Shown piece by piece: positions 29,076 through 31,762 of a DNA stretch of 31,762 nucleotides. The position numbers were made by a program, and so were the translations under genes. The notes under the pieces are model-generated. The model searched no databases. It was not told the DNA's origin and saw nothing but the letters and a program-made list of their open reading frames with translations. The stretch's first letter is position 1, and each line of letters starts with the position of its first letter. The stretch comes from Eledone cirrhosa (taxonomy: Eukaryota). The DNA is taken from assembly GCA_964016885.1 (NCBI GenBank), contig CAXHJY010001515.1:1-31762 (forward strand). Direction: 5' to 3'.

Positions 29076-29108
<33 letters not shown>

Positions 29109-29437
29109 GCATATATATATATGCATATATATATATGCATATATATATATATGTATATATATATATGCATATATATATATGTATATATATATATGTATAT
29201 ATATATATGTATAAACAATTAAGTTAAAAATGTACATCCATATATGTATACTGAAATACTAGTATGCATATGAATACACACACGTATACATATGTAGATG
29301 TACCAAGTCTTTCACTGGTTACTTTACTGTGAGTATCCAGCTATTCTGTATGTAAACACACAGACAAACCGGTTTTTAGAGTCATACTGGATTTTGAGGA
29401 AACACCTTTCCTCTATTCTCCAGAAAGCCATACAAGG

Positions 29438-29482
29438 AATAATGAACTAGTTTCGTTGTTGTTACAACTCATCAGCAATATT
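29438..29482 (-). ncRNA. Canonical minimal type-I hammerhead ribozyme (PLE/retrozyme type) within non-coding island 29212-29634
   Basis: Minus strand reads AAUAUUG-CUGAUGA-GUUG-UAACAA-CAAC-GAAA-CUAG-UU-CAUUAUU. The core is intact, stem II is 4 bp, stem III is the palindrome ACUAGU, and stem I pairs 6 of 7 positions. Confidence 0.8.
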
Positions 29483-29653
29483 TACCTATCTACCGGCCTT
29501 TCTGGAGAATCGTAAAAGCACATATCGTTATATGCTTTTTCTATGAAAATTAGTAGTGGGCAGACTAATTTGCATAGAGTGTGAGTATGTACCGGTTCAA
29601 CGGAGACGATAAAAACAAATAACGAAACGAAATTATATGTATATATATATATG

Positions 29654-29700
<47 letters not shown>

Positions 29701-29839
29701 GTATATATGTATATATATATATGTATATGTATATATATGTATATATGTATATATATATATGTATATATATATATATGTATATATATGTATATATATATAT
29801 ATGTATATATATGTATATATATATATATGTATATATATG

Positions 29840-29966
<127 letters not shown>

Positions 29967-29979
29967 GTATATATATATG

Positions 29980-30114
<135 letters not shown>

Positions 30115-30155
30115 GTATATATATATATATGTATATATATATGTATATATATATG

Positions 30156-30207
<52 letters not shown>

Positions 30208-30255
30208 CATATATATATACATATATATATACATATATATATATACATATATATA

Positions 30256-30677
30256 CCCCTTAGCCCCGGGAGAGATGACCCCTTAGCCTTTGTCAAGGCA
30301 GAATTCTAGGAGAAGGAAAACTCTGATATAACACCTGCAACCCTGATGGTATCCAATGATGTTGACTTGTTCTTCTTTTTGGTAAATATCATCTTGGTTA
30401 AGAGAGTGGGACTGGCTTTGTGCAGTGCCTTTGCTCACTATAAAAGCTTCACGGCACAGGCATTGCTTTATATCTGGAGATCTCTCTGCATTTGTCGTCA
30501 CATGGTACCATGGGCCCAGCACTATGTGTCAATAATTGTCACAAGTGTAGTGTTTGTACCAGAGCTTTCAAGTCGCTGGCTGGACTAAAAAGTCACACTC
30601 GTTCAGCGCATCAGTAGGGGTTCTCCTACATGGATATAAAGTAGTGGCCGTACTCGAAAACGAGTTGGCAGCCACCA
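30256..30677 (+). mobile_element. Decayed RTE (BovB-like) element remnant with a C-terminal C2H2 finger and a 3' stem-loop
   Basis: 30540-30617 translates as [25 protein letters not shown]. Hairpin ACTCG-AAAA-CGAGT at 30652-30665 lies just before the (TA)n junction. Confidence 0.6.
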
Positions 30678-30681
30678 TATG

Positions 30682-30719
<38 letters not shown>

Positions 30720-30726
30720 TATGTAT

Positions 30727-30891
<165 letters not shown>

Positions 30892-30896
30892 GTATG

Positions 30897-31105
<209 letters not shown>

Positions 31106-31152
31106 GTATATATATGTATATATGTATATATATATATATGTATATATATGTA

Positions 31153-31219
<67 letters not shown>

Positions 31220-31278
31220 GTATATATATGTATATATGTATATATATATATATGTATATATATGTATATATATATATG

Positions 31279-31385
<107 letters not shown>

Positions 31386-31762
31386 GTATATATAAATATG
31401 TATATATATATATGTATGTATATATAAATATGTATATATATATATGTATGTATATATAAATATGTATATATATATATACATATGTATATATATATATACA
31501 TGTATATATATGTATATATATATATGTATATATATATACATATGTATATATATATGTATATATATATATGTATATATATATATGTATATATATATATGTA
31601 TATATATATATATGTATATATATATGTATATATATATATGTATATATATATATGTATATATATATATATGTATATATATATATGTATATATATATATGTA
31701 TATATATGTATATATATGTATGTATATATATGTATATATATATATGTATATATATGTATGTA

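Overview
Gene-free eukaryotic repeat DNA. The SINE and RTE repeats resemble ones I recall from Octopus genomes, but I cannot verify the organism. Most of the window is an interrupted (TA)n microsatellite whose interruptions change by domain: GG-interrupted ~717-17470, AG-interrupted ~17470-27945 and TG-interrupted ~28018-end. All the I/Y-rich ORFs in the track are artefacts of this array. Retroelements are embedded in it. (1) A near-full-length Tx1/L1-type LINE on the minus strand (18145-23728) with a CCHC ORF1, an APE-RT-CCHC ORF2 and one frameshift in each ORF; three co-oriented 3' fragments and the full copy all end in TATC-containing repeats. (2) Several RTE-type LINE 3' fragments with (GAT)n or (TAGA)n tails. 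(3) Three copies of a tRNA/CORE-like SINE whose 3' half is assembled from two RTE families present in the window. (4) A 5'-truncated Penelope-like element with a GIY-YIG remnant. (5) Two families of short asymmetric fold-back elements; the longest member carries a U3-A8 variant type-I hammerhead ribozyme in each inverted arm. (6) A separate structured island with a canonical minimal hammerhead. The strongest novelty candidates are the hammerhead-bearing fold-back elements and the apparent (GATA)n/(TATC)n targeting of the Tx1 family.
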